A DNA stretch of 63,801 bases, counting the filler, from Octopus bimaculoides (Eukaryota), in the NCBI RefSeq assembly GCF_001194135.2. It is 5 parts of 5 records of this genome, joined end to end, with 100 filler letters (N's around TTAATTAATTAA, not from the genome) between each part and the next. Parts side by side here need not be neighbours in the genome. Positions count along the whole stretch, not along the records: positions 1 to 13,011 come from NC_068995.1; positions 13,112 to 34,936 come from NC_068994.1; 3 more parts are not named here. The stretch is one strand, 5' to 3'. Shown here piece after piece: positions 10,944-22,517 of the stretch. A program made the translations under genes and the position numbers. The notes beneath the pieces are model-generated. The model was not told the origin of the DNA. It was given only the letters and a program-made list of their open reading frames with translations, and made no database searches. Numbering within the stretch: the first letter of the stretch is position 1; each line of letters opens with the position of its first letter.

Positions 10944-12145
10944 CATGGACATGACATAAGTAAATAGACACCCCTATAATCATCAACATTTATTTAAATC
11001 TGAAATTATACATTCAAATTCTTTATTAATTGTTATAATGTGAATATTTAATATTTAGTAGACATGCCTTTAGCATTTTTCGATCCAAGGACGCTGTTAG
11101 GTCTGTTACTGATCAGCTGACGAATATTTTCTTGCGGAATTTCTTGCCAAGTTTCATGCAGTAATCTCAAAATATCTGACTTTGAAGATGTTTTTTTTTG
11201 CTCTTTTATTGAAGTGTTCTGTCCATTATGTCCCATAGGTGTTCGATAGGGTTCGCATTTGGTGACTGGCTTGGCCCTGGAAGCTTATAAATGCCATTCT
11301 CATCTAACAATTCTTAGGTCATTTTAGCCGTGTGACAAGGAGCCCCATTTTCTATAAATAAAGAGTCTTCTTTAATCATTTCACCATTGGAAGGAGTTCT
11401 TTCTGCAATATGGACAAATATTTACCTGAGTTCATCATGTTTCCCTCACAATCCACCACCTCTGATCAACCATTGCTCCAAATTGTTCTCCAGATCATCA
11501 CAGAATAGCTGACATGTTTCGTTGGTTGCAGTCTTTTCGCATCAAATTCTTGATCAGTCTCCAGATCCACACTCGACCACTATCAGAAAATACAGTAAAT
11601 CTGGACTCATCAGAGAATATGACAGTGTCCCAAAATGCTAGTGGCCTCTCTACCATCTCACTGGCCCAATCTTTTCTCCGCTTGGCCTCCTTCTTGCTGC
11701 TCTGCTATAGTAACCAAGTTTGTGGAGATACCTGACAGCTGTTCTGGGACTGACATCAACTTGTTCTGCTATGTCAGAGGTCTTGCAACTAGGATTATCC
11801 TCCACACTTCTCTTAGCAAAGAAAAGGGTCCTGTCAGAGGGCTCTGGTTGATCTGGGCGAGGTGACGTGTACTCCTTCTCCTCTCTGGTGAATTGCATAA
11901 TCACTCTATTAACTGTAGAAAGTGGGATCCCAAGGTTTCTGCGATTTTATGCTATGTCCACTTTTACAACACGGCCTCTTTGAAATTCAGAGAGTTCCAA
12001 GGCTTCTTTCGCACATGGTATGATTAAACAGTTACATATAGAACCTGAAACATAAAAATGTCAATCAATAAAAATATAAAGCTTTACAAGTTAGAATAAA
12101 CATAAAACGATGTTTTATGGGGTGTCTATTTACTTCTGTTATGTC

Positions 12146-12149
<4 letters not shown>
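10944..12149 (-). mobile_element. Tc1-family DNA transposon, full length (~1.2 kb), transposase inactivated
   Basis: About 35-bp TIRs (catggacatgacataagtaaatagacacccc vs reverse complement cacagacataacagaagtaaatagacacccc) with TA on both sides. Motifs ELSEFQRGRV, VSPRTAVRYLHKLGYYSRAARR, FWDTVIFSDESRF, PSQSPNANPIEHLWD and AKGMSTKY*, broken by frameshifts. Confidence 0.92.
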
Positions 12150-12183
<34 letters not shown>

Positions 12184-12216
12184 TTAGATAGATACATACA
12201 AACATAAATACATACA

Positions 12217-12250
<34 letters not shown>

Positions 12251-12470
12251 CATAAAGATAAATGGTAAATAATGGCCCATTACATAGTCTACCTTTAGTA
12301 GATCAAATTTGTCTTACAGCTGATGCCTGTGGTCATTATAGGTACGCTACTGATAGATTTACTCAATTGATTTATTGATCAGTTGAGATAATTAGAAAGA
12401 CCTAAAAAAAATTAATGCTACTTTCGCCAGAGCCATTCCTGGTTATAACAAAGCAATGAAATCTGTGTAA

Positions 12471-12509
<39 letters not shown>

Positions 12510-12680
12510 GTGCTCTGACACAATACCAGCGCTGGCTCTCATGGCTTCTGACTGCACACATATGGTTGTGATGCACGTGTCTGGTGTACCCTTATCACAC
12601 GAGTAGTCATGATGTGTATATTGGGCTTCGAATATTTACATCCCAGTATCACTTTGATGGTATAAGCTGCTCTCTCACTC
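12510..12680 (+). mobile_element. Interspersed repeat family C (short copy) flanked by (AAT)n
   Basis: cacatatggttgtgatgcacgtgtctggtgtacccttatc...actttgatgg...ctgctctctcactc is homologous to 17918-18129 and to the reverse complement of 41898-41960. Strand is arbitrary. Confidence 0.75.
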
Positions 12681-12814
12681 AATAATGATAACATTTACCA
12701 GTAAGGATTCACAAAAAAAACACTGGGGACGGCACAAGGACAATACAATGAGGGGTTACATAAACCGAAGCGTGTACACAGTGAAGACGATACCCTTTTA
12801 CTTTTTTACTCTTT

Positions 12815-13011
12815 TACTTGTTTCAGTCATTTGACTGCGGCCATGCTGGTGCACCACCTTTAGACGAGATAATCGACCCCAGGACTTATTCTTTGTAAGC
12901 CTAGTACTTATTCTATCGGTCACTTTTTGCCGAACCGCTAAGTTACGGAGACGTAAACACACCAGTATCGGTTGTCAAGCGATGTTGGTGGGGACAAACA
13001 CAGACACATAC
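12815..13011 (-). mobile_element. SINE family B, 3' half (cut by scaffold join)
   Basis: Roughly 90% identical by eye to 8083-8270. Confidence 0.85.
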
Positions 13012-13111
13012 NNNNNNNNNNNNNNNNNNNNNNNNNNNNNNNNNNNNNNNNNNNNTTAATTAATTAANNNNNNNNNNNNNNNNNNNNNNNNNNNNNNNNN
13101 NNNNNNNNNNN
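13012..13111. other. Artificial 100-bp scaffold-join block N44-TTAATTAATTAA-N44 (12-mer also at 34981-34992, 42952-42963, 60375-60386)
   Basis: The identical 12-mer, which gives stops in all six frames, is centred in N runs four times. Confidence 0.9.
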
Positions 13112-13379
13112 ATGTTGTATTCTATTTTATTTTTATTTATTTGGTTCTATCTTTGTTCATTTATTGTTAGTAAAAAATTACTAAATCTTTTGTTTATCTA
13201 ACATTTTCAACTTTGTTTAAGTTGGCATTAGAAGTTCTGTGAATTCTAGATCTGATCTGGCATGAACTTTCTGGAACAATTTTAGATCACAACCTTTTAG
13301 GTTGGTTGGGAGTTGTGAAGGGATTTTTTATTTTGTTTTAATGTGGGGGGGGGGCTACTCCTCCTCTTACTTTCGACAC

Positions 13380-14032
13380 ACAACCTCCGCCGCCGCCGCC
13401 GCCGCCGCCGCCAGCGTCATCACCGCCACTGCTGTCGCCACCATGACTACCACCGCTATCACTATCACCATTCTACTGCCCGCTGACTCTGTCGTCGTCA
13501 CCGTCGCCACCACCACCAAATAAGTACCAGATTGAGCATCGGGATCGATGCGATCGGCTGATCTCCTCTTCCGAAATTGCTGGCCTTGTGCCAAAATCGG
13601 AAACCCAATATTAGTTGTATTAGATGTTAGTCCTGGTGAAAGTGTTGTTATTGCTGTTGGTGGTGGTGTTAGTGGGCGTGACAGTCTTGGAGTTAGTAGT
13701 TTTTGTGGTAGTGGTGATGTTGTTGTTGTTGTTGGTTGTGGTGATGGTAGTGGCGGTGGCCGTAGTGGTGTTGAAGGTGTTGCTACTGGTGATGCTGGTG
13801 TTGGTGGTGTTGGCACTAGTGGTGTTAGTGGTAGTGGCGGCGGTGGTAGTGACGATGTTAGTGGACGCGATAGTCTTGGTGCTAGTAGTTTTTGTGGTAG
13901 TGGTGTCGGTGTTGGTGGTGGAGGTGTTGGTAGCAGCGACGATGCTAGTGTTGTTGTTGTCGGTGGAGGTGGTGTCAGTGGACGCGATAGTCCTGCGCTA
14001 GTGATAGTGTGGGCGGTAGTGGTTGAATTAGT
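13380..14032. repeat. GC-rich cryptic trinucleotide low-complexity region with a three-times repeated unit
   Basis: (GCC)n at 13386-13410. Unit gt(t/c)agtgg(g/a)cg(t/c)ga(c/t)agtc(t/c)tg at about 13668, 13857 and 13974. Confidence 0.8.
13518..13618 (+). mobile_element. SINE family A 3' fragment
   Basis: aaataagtaccagattgagcatcgggatcgatg...aaattgctggccttgtgccaaaatcggaaacccaatatt is homologous to the reverse complement of 40490-40580. Confidence 0.75.
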
Positions 14033-14751
14033 NNNNNNNNNNNNNNNNNNNNNNNNNNNNNNNNNNNNNNNNNNNNNNNNNNNNNNNNNNNNNNNNNNNN
14101 NNNNNNNNNNNNNNNNNNNNNNNNNNNNNNNNNNNNNNNNNNNNNNNNNNNNNNNNNNNNNNNNNNNNNNNNNNNNNNNNNNNNNNNNNNNNNNNNNNNN
14201 NNNNNNNNNNNNNNNNNNNNNNNNNNNNNNNNNNNNNNNNNNNNNNNNNNNNNNNNNNNNNNNNNNNNNNNNNNNNNNNNNNNNNNNNNNNNNNNNNNNN
14301 NNNNNNNNNNNNNNNNNNNNNNNNNNNNNNNNNNNNNNNNNNNNNNNNNNNNNNNNNNNNNNNNNNNNNNNNNNNNNNNNNNNNNNNNNNNNNNNNNNNN
14401 NNNNNNNNNNNNNNNNNNNNNNNNNNNNNNNNNNNNNNNNNNNNNNNNNNNNNNNNNNNNNNNNNNNNNNNNNNNNNNNNNNNNNNNNNNNNNNNNNNNN
14501 NNNNNNNNNNNNNNNNNNNNNNNNNNNNNNNNNNNNNNNNNNNNNNNNNNNNNNNNNNNNNNNNNNNNNNNNNNNNNNNNNNNNNNNNNNNNNNNNNNNN
14601 NNNNNNNNNNNNNNNNNNNNNNNNNNNNNNNNNNNNNNNNNNNNNNNNNNNNNNNNNNNNNNNNNNNNNNNNNNNNNNNNNNNNNNNNNNNNNNNNNNNN
14701 NNNNNNNNNNNNNNNNNNNNNNNNNNNNNNNNNNNNNNNNNNNNNNNNNNN

Positions 14752-14826
<75 letters not shown>

Positions 14827-15430
14827 TGGAGAGAGAGAAAGACAGAGAGGGAGAAGAGAGAGAGGAAGAGAGAAAGAGAAGACGATTACAGCATGCAACT
14901 TTATTCATCGATCCTGGTAGAATACACGGTACCACATCCACGATAAATAAATAAATAAATAAAGCTGTCGCCGATGGGATTTGAACTCGGAACGTCGCAA
15001 AAACCGGAAGGATAACAGTTCGGCATTTGGTCGTCATTAATGATATCACAAGAAAAAAAAAGTGAGCGATAAATAGATGGAGAGAGTGAGAGAGATAGGA
15101 GAGAGTGAAAGAGAGAGAGGGGAGAGAGAAATCACCTTTCTCTCTGCCTCCTCCCCCTCCTTTTCGTTCTCTGCTCGAGTTATGACAGGAATTTCGCAGT
15201 GATGGCCTTCCATTTAGTGTTGTTTCTTGGTTTTGTTCCTGTCATTTGGTTAGTCGGTTCTTAGATGGGATTTGGAGATAAATTGACATGTAAACAGTTG
15301 TTGTTCTGATAGCTGTTGTTATTGTTGTTGCTGTTGTTGTCATCGTGGTTTCGTTTATTGTTTGTAGGAGGTTGTTCGAGAATAGATTTTCATGGAATTC
15401 TTATACATTTAAACATACAAACGTACATAG

Positions 15431-15483
<53 letters not shown>

Positions 15484-16289
15484 NNNNNNNNNNNNNNNNN
15501 NNNNNNNNNNNNNNNNNNNNNNNNNNNNNNNNNNNNNNNNNNNNNNNNNNNNNNNNNNNNNNNNNNNNNNNNNNNNNNNNNNNNNNNNNNNNNNNNNNNN
15601 NNNNNNNNNNNNNNNNNNNNNNNNNNNNNNNNNNNNNNNNNNNNNNNNNNNNNNNNNNNNNNNNNNNNNNNNNNNNNNNNNNNNNNNNNNNNNNNNNNNN
15701 NNNNNNNNNNNNNNNNNNNNNNNNNNNNNNNNNNNNNNNNNNNNNNNNNNNNNNNNNNNNNNNNNNNNNNNNNNNNNNNNNNNNNNNNNNNNNNNNNNNN
15801 NNNNNNNNNNNNNNNNNNNNNNNNNNNNNNNNNNNNNNNNNNNNNNNNNNNNNNNNNNNNNNNNNNNNNNNNNNNNNNNNNNNNNNNNNNNNNNNNNNNN
15901 NNNNNNNNNNNNNNNNNNNNNNNNNNNNNNNNNNNNNNNNNNNNNNNNNNNNNNNNNNNNNNNNNNNNNNNNNNNNNNNNNNNNNNNNNNNNNNNNNNNN
16001 NNNNNNNNNNNNNNNNNNNNNNNNNNNNNNNNNNNNNNNNNNNNNNNNNNNNNNNNNNNNNNNNNNNNNNNNNNNNNNNNNNNNNNNNNNNNNNNNNNNN
16101 NNNNNNNNNNNNNNNNNNNNNNNNNNNNNNNNNNNNNNNNNNNNNNNNNNNNNNNNNNNNNNNNNNNNNNNNNNNNNNNNNNNNNNNNNNNNNNNNNNNN
16201 NNNNNNNNNNNNNNNNNNNNNNNNNNNNNNNNNNNNNNNNNNNNNNNNNNNNNNNNNNNNNNNNNNNNNNNNNNNNNNNNNNNNNNNNN

Positions 16290-16323
<34 letters not shown>

Positions 16324-16511
16324 CAGATTTACAGAAAACAAAAGACTAAGACAGGTGAGAGAACAAGCAGGTACATCAGTTTGACGCTCGGGAAGAATGC
16401 ACAAAATGTTTGATGTTTCAAGCCTACGCACTTTGACAGAAAGGGATGAGAGGGGAATAATGAAGAGAGAACGAAAAAACAGAGAAAGAACGAAAGAAAC
16501 GGAGAGAAAAA

Positions 16512-16670
16512 AGGGCTTCTACACAGTTTCTGTCTACCAAATTCACTCACTAGGCATCAGTCGCTCCGGAGTTACAGTAGGAGATACTTGTCCAAGGTAC
16601 CACGCAGTGGGACGGAACTCGAAATCACGTGACTACAAAGCGAGCTTTTCAACCACACAGCCTGCCTGTG
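16512..16670 (-). mobile_element. SINE family B 5' half (diverged)
   Basis: gggcttctacacagtttctgtctaccaaattcactcac...gatacttgtccaaggtaccacgcagtgggacggaac matches the family. Confidence 0.75.
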
Positions 16671-17139
16671 AAAGAATACTTCTCAAGAAAGCAAGGAAGT
16701 ACTATTTCGTGCACAAAGGAATTTTTATTGAATTCAAAAGGAAGAACCAAAAATAATATTAAATATCCTCTGAGTATTGCTACTTAAAAATATCCTATAC
16801 ATAAACGTATTTAGCACAGCAAAAACAGCAGGACATATGTATCGAAATACCGTATATAAACAAACACTTAGGTATATATAGGACAAGCATACATATAATG
16901 TATGTTTAGAGAGTTCCGCGTTAATGGGAGGTAATTTACAGACGTATTGACGTCATCATAGACAAAATCTATGTAACTGAACGTGAGCTAAAAATACAAT
17001 GTCCAATATTATAGGAAGTAATAGAAGTTACATAGAACTGATTCTTATAGTTAAATGATAAGAATTGTGAAAATTATTAAGAAAAGAGAATGCATACTTC
17101 AAAATTACTTATTAAACTGAAGTTAATATAAGGATTTCA

Positions 17140-17348
17140 AGTTTTGATATAAGTCTAGCGATTTCGGGAGAGGAGGTAAATCGATCTTATCGATCCCAGT
17201 GTTCAACTGATCGGTGTTTCTTTTATCGAACCCGAAAGGATAAAAGACAAAGTCGACTTCGGCGGAATTTGAACTGAGAACGTAAAGACGGACGAAAAGC
17301 CTCTAAGCATTTTGCCTGGCATGCTAACAATTCTGCCAGCTCACCGCC

Positions 17349-17350
<2 letters not shown>
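17140..17350 (-). mobile_element. SINE family A copy abutting (AAT)n
   Basis: gatcccagtgttcaactg...cccgaaaggataaaagacaaagtcgacttcggcggaatttgaactgagaacg...ctgccagctcaccgcctt, then (AAT)n. Confidence 0.85.
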
Positions 17351-17425
<75 letters not shown>

Positions 17426-17917
17426 AATGATAATAACAATAATAATAATAATATTAATAATAATANNNNNNNNNNNNNNNNNNNNNNNNNNNNNNNNNNN
17501 NNNNNNNNNNNNNNNNNNNNNNNNNNNNNNNNNNNNNNNNNNNNNNNNNNNNNNNNNNNNNNNNNNNNNNNNNNNNNNNNNNNNNNNNNNNNNNNNNNNN
17601 NNNNNNNNNNNNNNNNNNNNNNNNNNNNNNNNNNNNNNNNNNNNNNNNNNNNNNNNNNNNNNNNNNNNNNNNNNNNNNNNNNNNNNNNNNNNNNNNNNNN
17701 NNNNNNNNNNNNNNNNNNNNNNNNNNNNNNNNNNNNNNNNNNNNNNNNNNNNNNNNNNNNNNNNNNNNNNNNNNNNNNNNNNNNNNNNNNNNNNNNNNNN
17801 NNNNNNNNNNNNNNNNNNNNNNNNNNNNNNNNNNNNNNNNNNNNNNNNNNNNNNNNNNNNNNNNNNNNNNNNNNNNNNNNNNNNNNNNNNNNNNNNNNNN
17901 NNNNNNNNNNNNNNNNN

Positions 17918-18129
17918 ATGGGCTACTTGACCTGAATAAAATTCTAACTGGGCCCCACCTGCAAGGTCATGCGCTGTTTATCTTGATATGAGATCACCAT
18001 GTCGCGCACACATGGTTGTGATGCATGTCCCTGGTGTACCCTTATCAGACGGGTAGTCATGATGGGTATAATGGGCTTCGTATATTTTACCCCAGTGTCA
18101 CTTTGATGGCATGCCCTGCTCTCTCAGTC
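17918..18129 (+). mobile_element. Interspersed repeat family C copy (5' cut by gap), followed by (AAT)n
   Basis: Homologous to 12560-12680. Confidence 0.8.
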
Positions 18130-18147
18130 AATAATAATCATAATAAC

Positions 18148-18204
<57 letters not shown>

Positions 18205-18208
<4 letters not shown>

Positions 18209-18408
18209 GTCCTTTCTACTAAAGGCACAAGGCCTGAAACTCTGAAGGAAGGGATAAGTCGATTACAGCGACCCCTGTGTTTCACTGGTGCTTAATTTTA
18301 TCGACTTTCCCAACGGAAGAAAGGCAAAGTCGATTTCGGCGGAAATTGAACGCAGAACCTAGCGGCGGACGAAATCCAGGTTAAACACTCTGCCACCCCG
18401 CCGCCTTA
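18205..18408 (-). mobile_element. SINE family A copy
   Basis: tcctttctactaaaggcacaaggcctgaaac...aagtcgattacagcgacccc...ggcaaagtcgatttcggcggaaattgaacgcagaac...ccgcctt. Confidence 0.85.
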
Positions 18409-18439
18409 ATGGGAGTTAATATATTATTAGTGTTGAACA

Positions 18440-18815
18440 TATCTGTGCTTTCACTTGTTCCTGTCATAGGACGGCGGTCATGCTGGAGCACCACCTAGAA
18501 AGGTTAAACTGAACAAATCGATTACTAATTTCTTTAAAGTCTGGTACTTATTCTATCAGCTGTTTTGCCAAACCACTGAGCTACAGGGACGTAAACACAC
18601 CAACACAGGTGGTCAAGAGGAGGGAGGGCGACAAAGACAAAGACAAAAGACTTGTATAAGACCCCCACCTCCAATCCCCGACCAAACACATAAACGACGA
18701 GTTTCTCCGCAGTTTCTGTCTGTCAAATTACTCACAAAACATCAGACGGCCAGAGGTTACAGTAGAAGCCATTGAGCCGGAAACCACATGGTTGGTAAGC
18801 ATGTTTTCTAACCAT
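18440..18815 (-). mobile_element. SINE family B copy (diverged)
   Basis: ggtcatgctggagcaccacc...tggtacttattctatc...gggacgtaaacacaccaac...cagtttctgtctg...aaaccacatggttggtaagc. Confidence 0.75.
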
Positions 18816-18831
18816 ATAGCTAAGCCTGAAC

Positions 18832-18884
<53 letters not shown>

Positions 18885-20699
18885 NNNNNNNNNNNNNNNN
18901 NNNNNNNNNNNNNNNNNNNNNNNNNNNNNNNNNNNNNNNNNNNNNNNNNNNNNNNNNNNNNNNNNNNNNNNNNNNNNNNNNNNNNNNNNNNNNNNNNNNN
19001 NNNNNNNNNNNNNNNNNNNNNNNNNNNNNNNNNNNNNNNNNNNNNNNNNNNNNNNNNNNNNNNNNNNNNNNNNNNNNNNNNNNNNNNNNNNNNNNNNNNN
19101 NNNNNNNNNNNNNNNNNNNNNNNNNNNNNNNNNNNNNNNNNNNNNNNNNNNNNNNNNNNNNNNNNNNNNNNNNNNNNNNNNNNNNNNNNNNNNNNNNNNN
19201 NNNNNNNNNNNNNNNNNNNNNNNNNNNNNNNNNNNNNNNNNNNNNNNNNNNNNNNNNNNNNNNNNNNNNNNNNNNNNNNNNNNNNNNNNNNNNNNNNNNN
19301 NNNNNNNNNNNNNNNNNNNNNNNNNNNNNNNNNNNNNNNNNNNNNNNNNNNNNNNNNNNNNNNNNNNNNNNNNNNNNNNNNNNNNNNNNNNNNNNNNNNN
19401 NNNNNNNNNNNNNNNNNNNNNNNNNNNNNNNNNNNNNNNNNNNNNNNNNNNNNNNNNNNNNNNNNNNNNNNNNNNNNNNNNNNNNNNNNNNNNNNNNNNN
19501 NNNNNNNNNNNNNNNNNNNNNNNNNNNNNNNNNNNNNNNNNNNNNNNNNNNNNNNNNNNNNNNNNNNNNNNNNNNNNNNNNNNNNNNNNNNNNNNNNNNN
19601 NNNNNNNNNNNNNNNNNNNNNNNNNNNNNNNNNNNNNNNNNNNNNNNNNNNNNNNNNNNNNNNNNNNNNNNNNNNNNNNNNNNNNNNNNNNNNNNNNNNN
19701 NNNNNNNNNNNNNNNNNNNNNNNNNNNNNNNNNNNNNNNNNNNNNNNNNNNNNNNNNNNNNNNNNNNNNNNNNNNNNNNNNNNNNNNNNNNNNNNNNNNN
19801 NNNNTATATATATATATATATATGTTACTTATGTCTGAGGGGCTAGAGGTGTAGAAGGCAGTGGTGGTGGTGGTGATAGAGGTCGTGGTAGTGGTGGCGG
19901 TGAAGTTGGTAGCAATAGTGTTAGTGAAAGTCTTAGTCGTAATGGTGAATGAGGTCGTGGTGCTAATTGTAATGGGAATGGTGATAGAGGTAGTTGTTAT
20001 GATGGTGGCGAATAAGTAATGGTGGTAGTGAAGGTATTTTTACCGTTTGTATTAGAGGCACAACGACAATAACAACAACAACAACAACAATAACAACGTA
20101 AACCAATGTTTTGTTTTATTTGGTTCTAATTCAGAACCAACAAATAGGGATCTCCGTTGCTACATCAAGAATAAGTTTCCACTCCACGCCGCCTCCGCCG
20201 TAGTACGTTTCCGCCTGCAAAACACAAATGCATACGCACGCGTAGACGTACTATTATTCTACACTCACCTTCGAACTACACCAATTCCAAAGCCTAGTCA
20301 CTCTATCAACTCGTGACGAAAAACATTTCGAAAGATGTTTTTGTAGGAATAAAAAGAAAAATAGAACACAAGAAGGTTCGCTCCAACCTGAAGGCTGGTC
20401 GTGGGCTCATTAACCAGTGGTTTAATTGATAAATTAATAAGCCCCAAATGAAGACTATATAACAGAATGAAGTAAGTGCAAAGACTTTTACTCCAAACAA
20501 TCTCAACAATGATTTCGTAAGCAAGTAAACTCGGCTCTCGCTCCTAAACGACGCTTTAAACAGATATTCAGTACTACATAGGGTTATTTCGCAAGATATC
20601 GAACAAAATGTCTTTTAGAGATGTCGTTGAAGATACACCTCCACCATTTGGAAGACCAAATTTCCTTGTTCTTCTTCGGGACTAAATTGAGTGATTCAC

Positions 20700-21170
20700 T
20701 CCACTGCTTCTTCTCAGAGTAGCTGAGGACTGATTTACACGCAATGATCTCAGTTCAATGACCTCAGTTCACTAGATATCAATGTTGTATTCATCAGTGA
20801 GATCAAGATTTCCAGACCGCACGCACTTGCTTTCATCTTCGACGGTTACCATTATGTGCATCCCATACACAACTCACCCGGTCCTGTAGGTGTAACAGAG
20901 TTGTTCCACAAAGATTCGATTCTCGAGGTACAAACAATCTTCTTGGTTCGGGGGGGGGGGATAACATAACGGTGCTCATCGTGAATAGCAGTTAAAGCAG
21001 TGCCTTTAAACTAGCAAAGATTGGCTATACATTTCTAGACATCTAGAATCGTTCTTTGGAACATCCTGCTGTTCAGAACTAGTGAGAAATAGAAAAGGCT
21101 TTTTTAGGCACACACTGGAATGGTGTTGGGTTAGTTTCGCACACCTCTTCTGACAGATTCCGACAGGGCT
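20700..21170 (+). mobile_element. Possible very decayed RTE-type LINE endonuclease fragment
   Basis: Plus frame LSSLDINVVFISEIKISRP...DGYHY resembles the APE N-terminal (ExR) motif. Similarity is weak. Confidence 0.3.
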
Positions 21171-21359
21171 TCCCAATTGCACAGGTGGTATTTAGAAAAA
21201 GTAATTGTTAGCTCAGAGATAGTATAAAGGTATCCATATTTTCAACTAGAAAGTTGTAATTATAGTTTGTCTGACTAAAAAAAAGGAGCGAAAAATATCA
21301 TCTTGCTGATAAGATCCTGTTTATTTGATGTCCGAGCGGTCAGTGGTTTTTAGCAACAT

Positions 21360-21646
21360 CAATAACTGAGTGAATCGAGTTCACGCTTATTTATTTCTGG
21401 ATCGAATATTGAGATCCGGGTCTGATTTCTAGGTATTTTGGAGTGTTGAATATTCTTGCTACGTATGTATATACATCCCACATTTTTAAACCTAATTTTA
21501 TGACACCACTTGTATGGCCTTTTGAACTGCAAGTGTAACTCATTTTTGCCAGTTAAGTGGACCAGAGCAACATGAAATAAAGTGCATGAATCGAACTCGT
21601 AACGTTGCGATCGTAAGGCGAATGCCCGAGCCATTAAGCCATGCTC
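21360..21646 (-). mobile_element. tRNA-derived SINE (family D)
   Basis: Minus strand: A-box tggcttaatgg, gatcgcaacgttac, B-box gagttcgattc, then actttatttcatgttgctctggtccacttaactggcaaaaatgag (recalled cephalopod SINE core). Confidence 0.7.
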
Positions 21647-21652
21647 TCTCTG

Positions 21653-21720
<68 letters not shown>

Positions 21721-22443
21721 TTACTAGAGTAGATGCAAGAGATAATATATGATTTATAAAGACATGTAACATATTAGTAAAAATCTGTAAATGTACGACC
21801 ATCCAGATCTCTGAGTACCTTATTATTTCTTCTAATATATATATAAGTACACCCCCCCCCATATATATATATATATATGAGTGTATAAATCACTATTTAT
21901 TGGTGTGTGCTTGTAAGCTAAATACAATAACATATAATTACTTAATTATTTCTGAATTATTACGCAAGCATACATGCAGTTATATACCTATGCCAAAACA
22001 TACTCAGACATAACTACATACATGTACACACATGCAAATACACACATGCAAATACACACATGCAAATACACACACATATATATGGACACATACACATGCA
22101 CTTTTAAATATCAAACTTCAAATTTTTCAAGTGACTCTTTACGTTAGTTGCTGACACATACACACACATACATACATACATACATACATACATACATACA
22201 TACATACACACTGTAATATATACTGTCATACGTACATACATACAGACATACTGTCATGCATATATACATATATACGTAGATGTGTGGGCGCGTGTTTTTA
22301 TTTATAAATATACATCCTATATGTGTGTATATATACATACGCATATGCATTTATGTATGTCTGTAGGTAAGTTTGTGTCTTTGTGTATACAGACATACAT
22401 GCATACATATATACATACATACATACACATACACACATACAAA

Positions 22444-22517
<74 letters not shown>

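Noticed and set aside
13056-13067. Recurrent palindrome TTAATTAATTAA (four times, each inside Ns)
   Set aside because: It is centred in N runs (44 N each side where counted, 100 bp total) and encodes stops in all six frames: an assembly linker, not biology.
13520-13610. QFRKRRSADRIDPDAQSG with an apparent furin site and GT donor on the minus strand
   Set aside because: These bases are the 3' end of a SINE family A copy (homologous to 40490-40580); the motif is coincidental.
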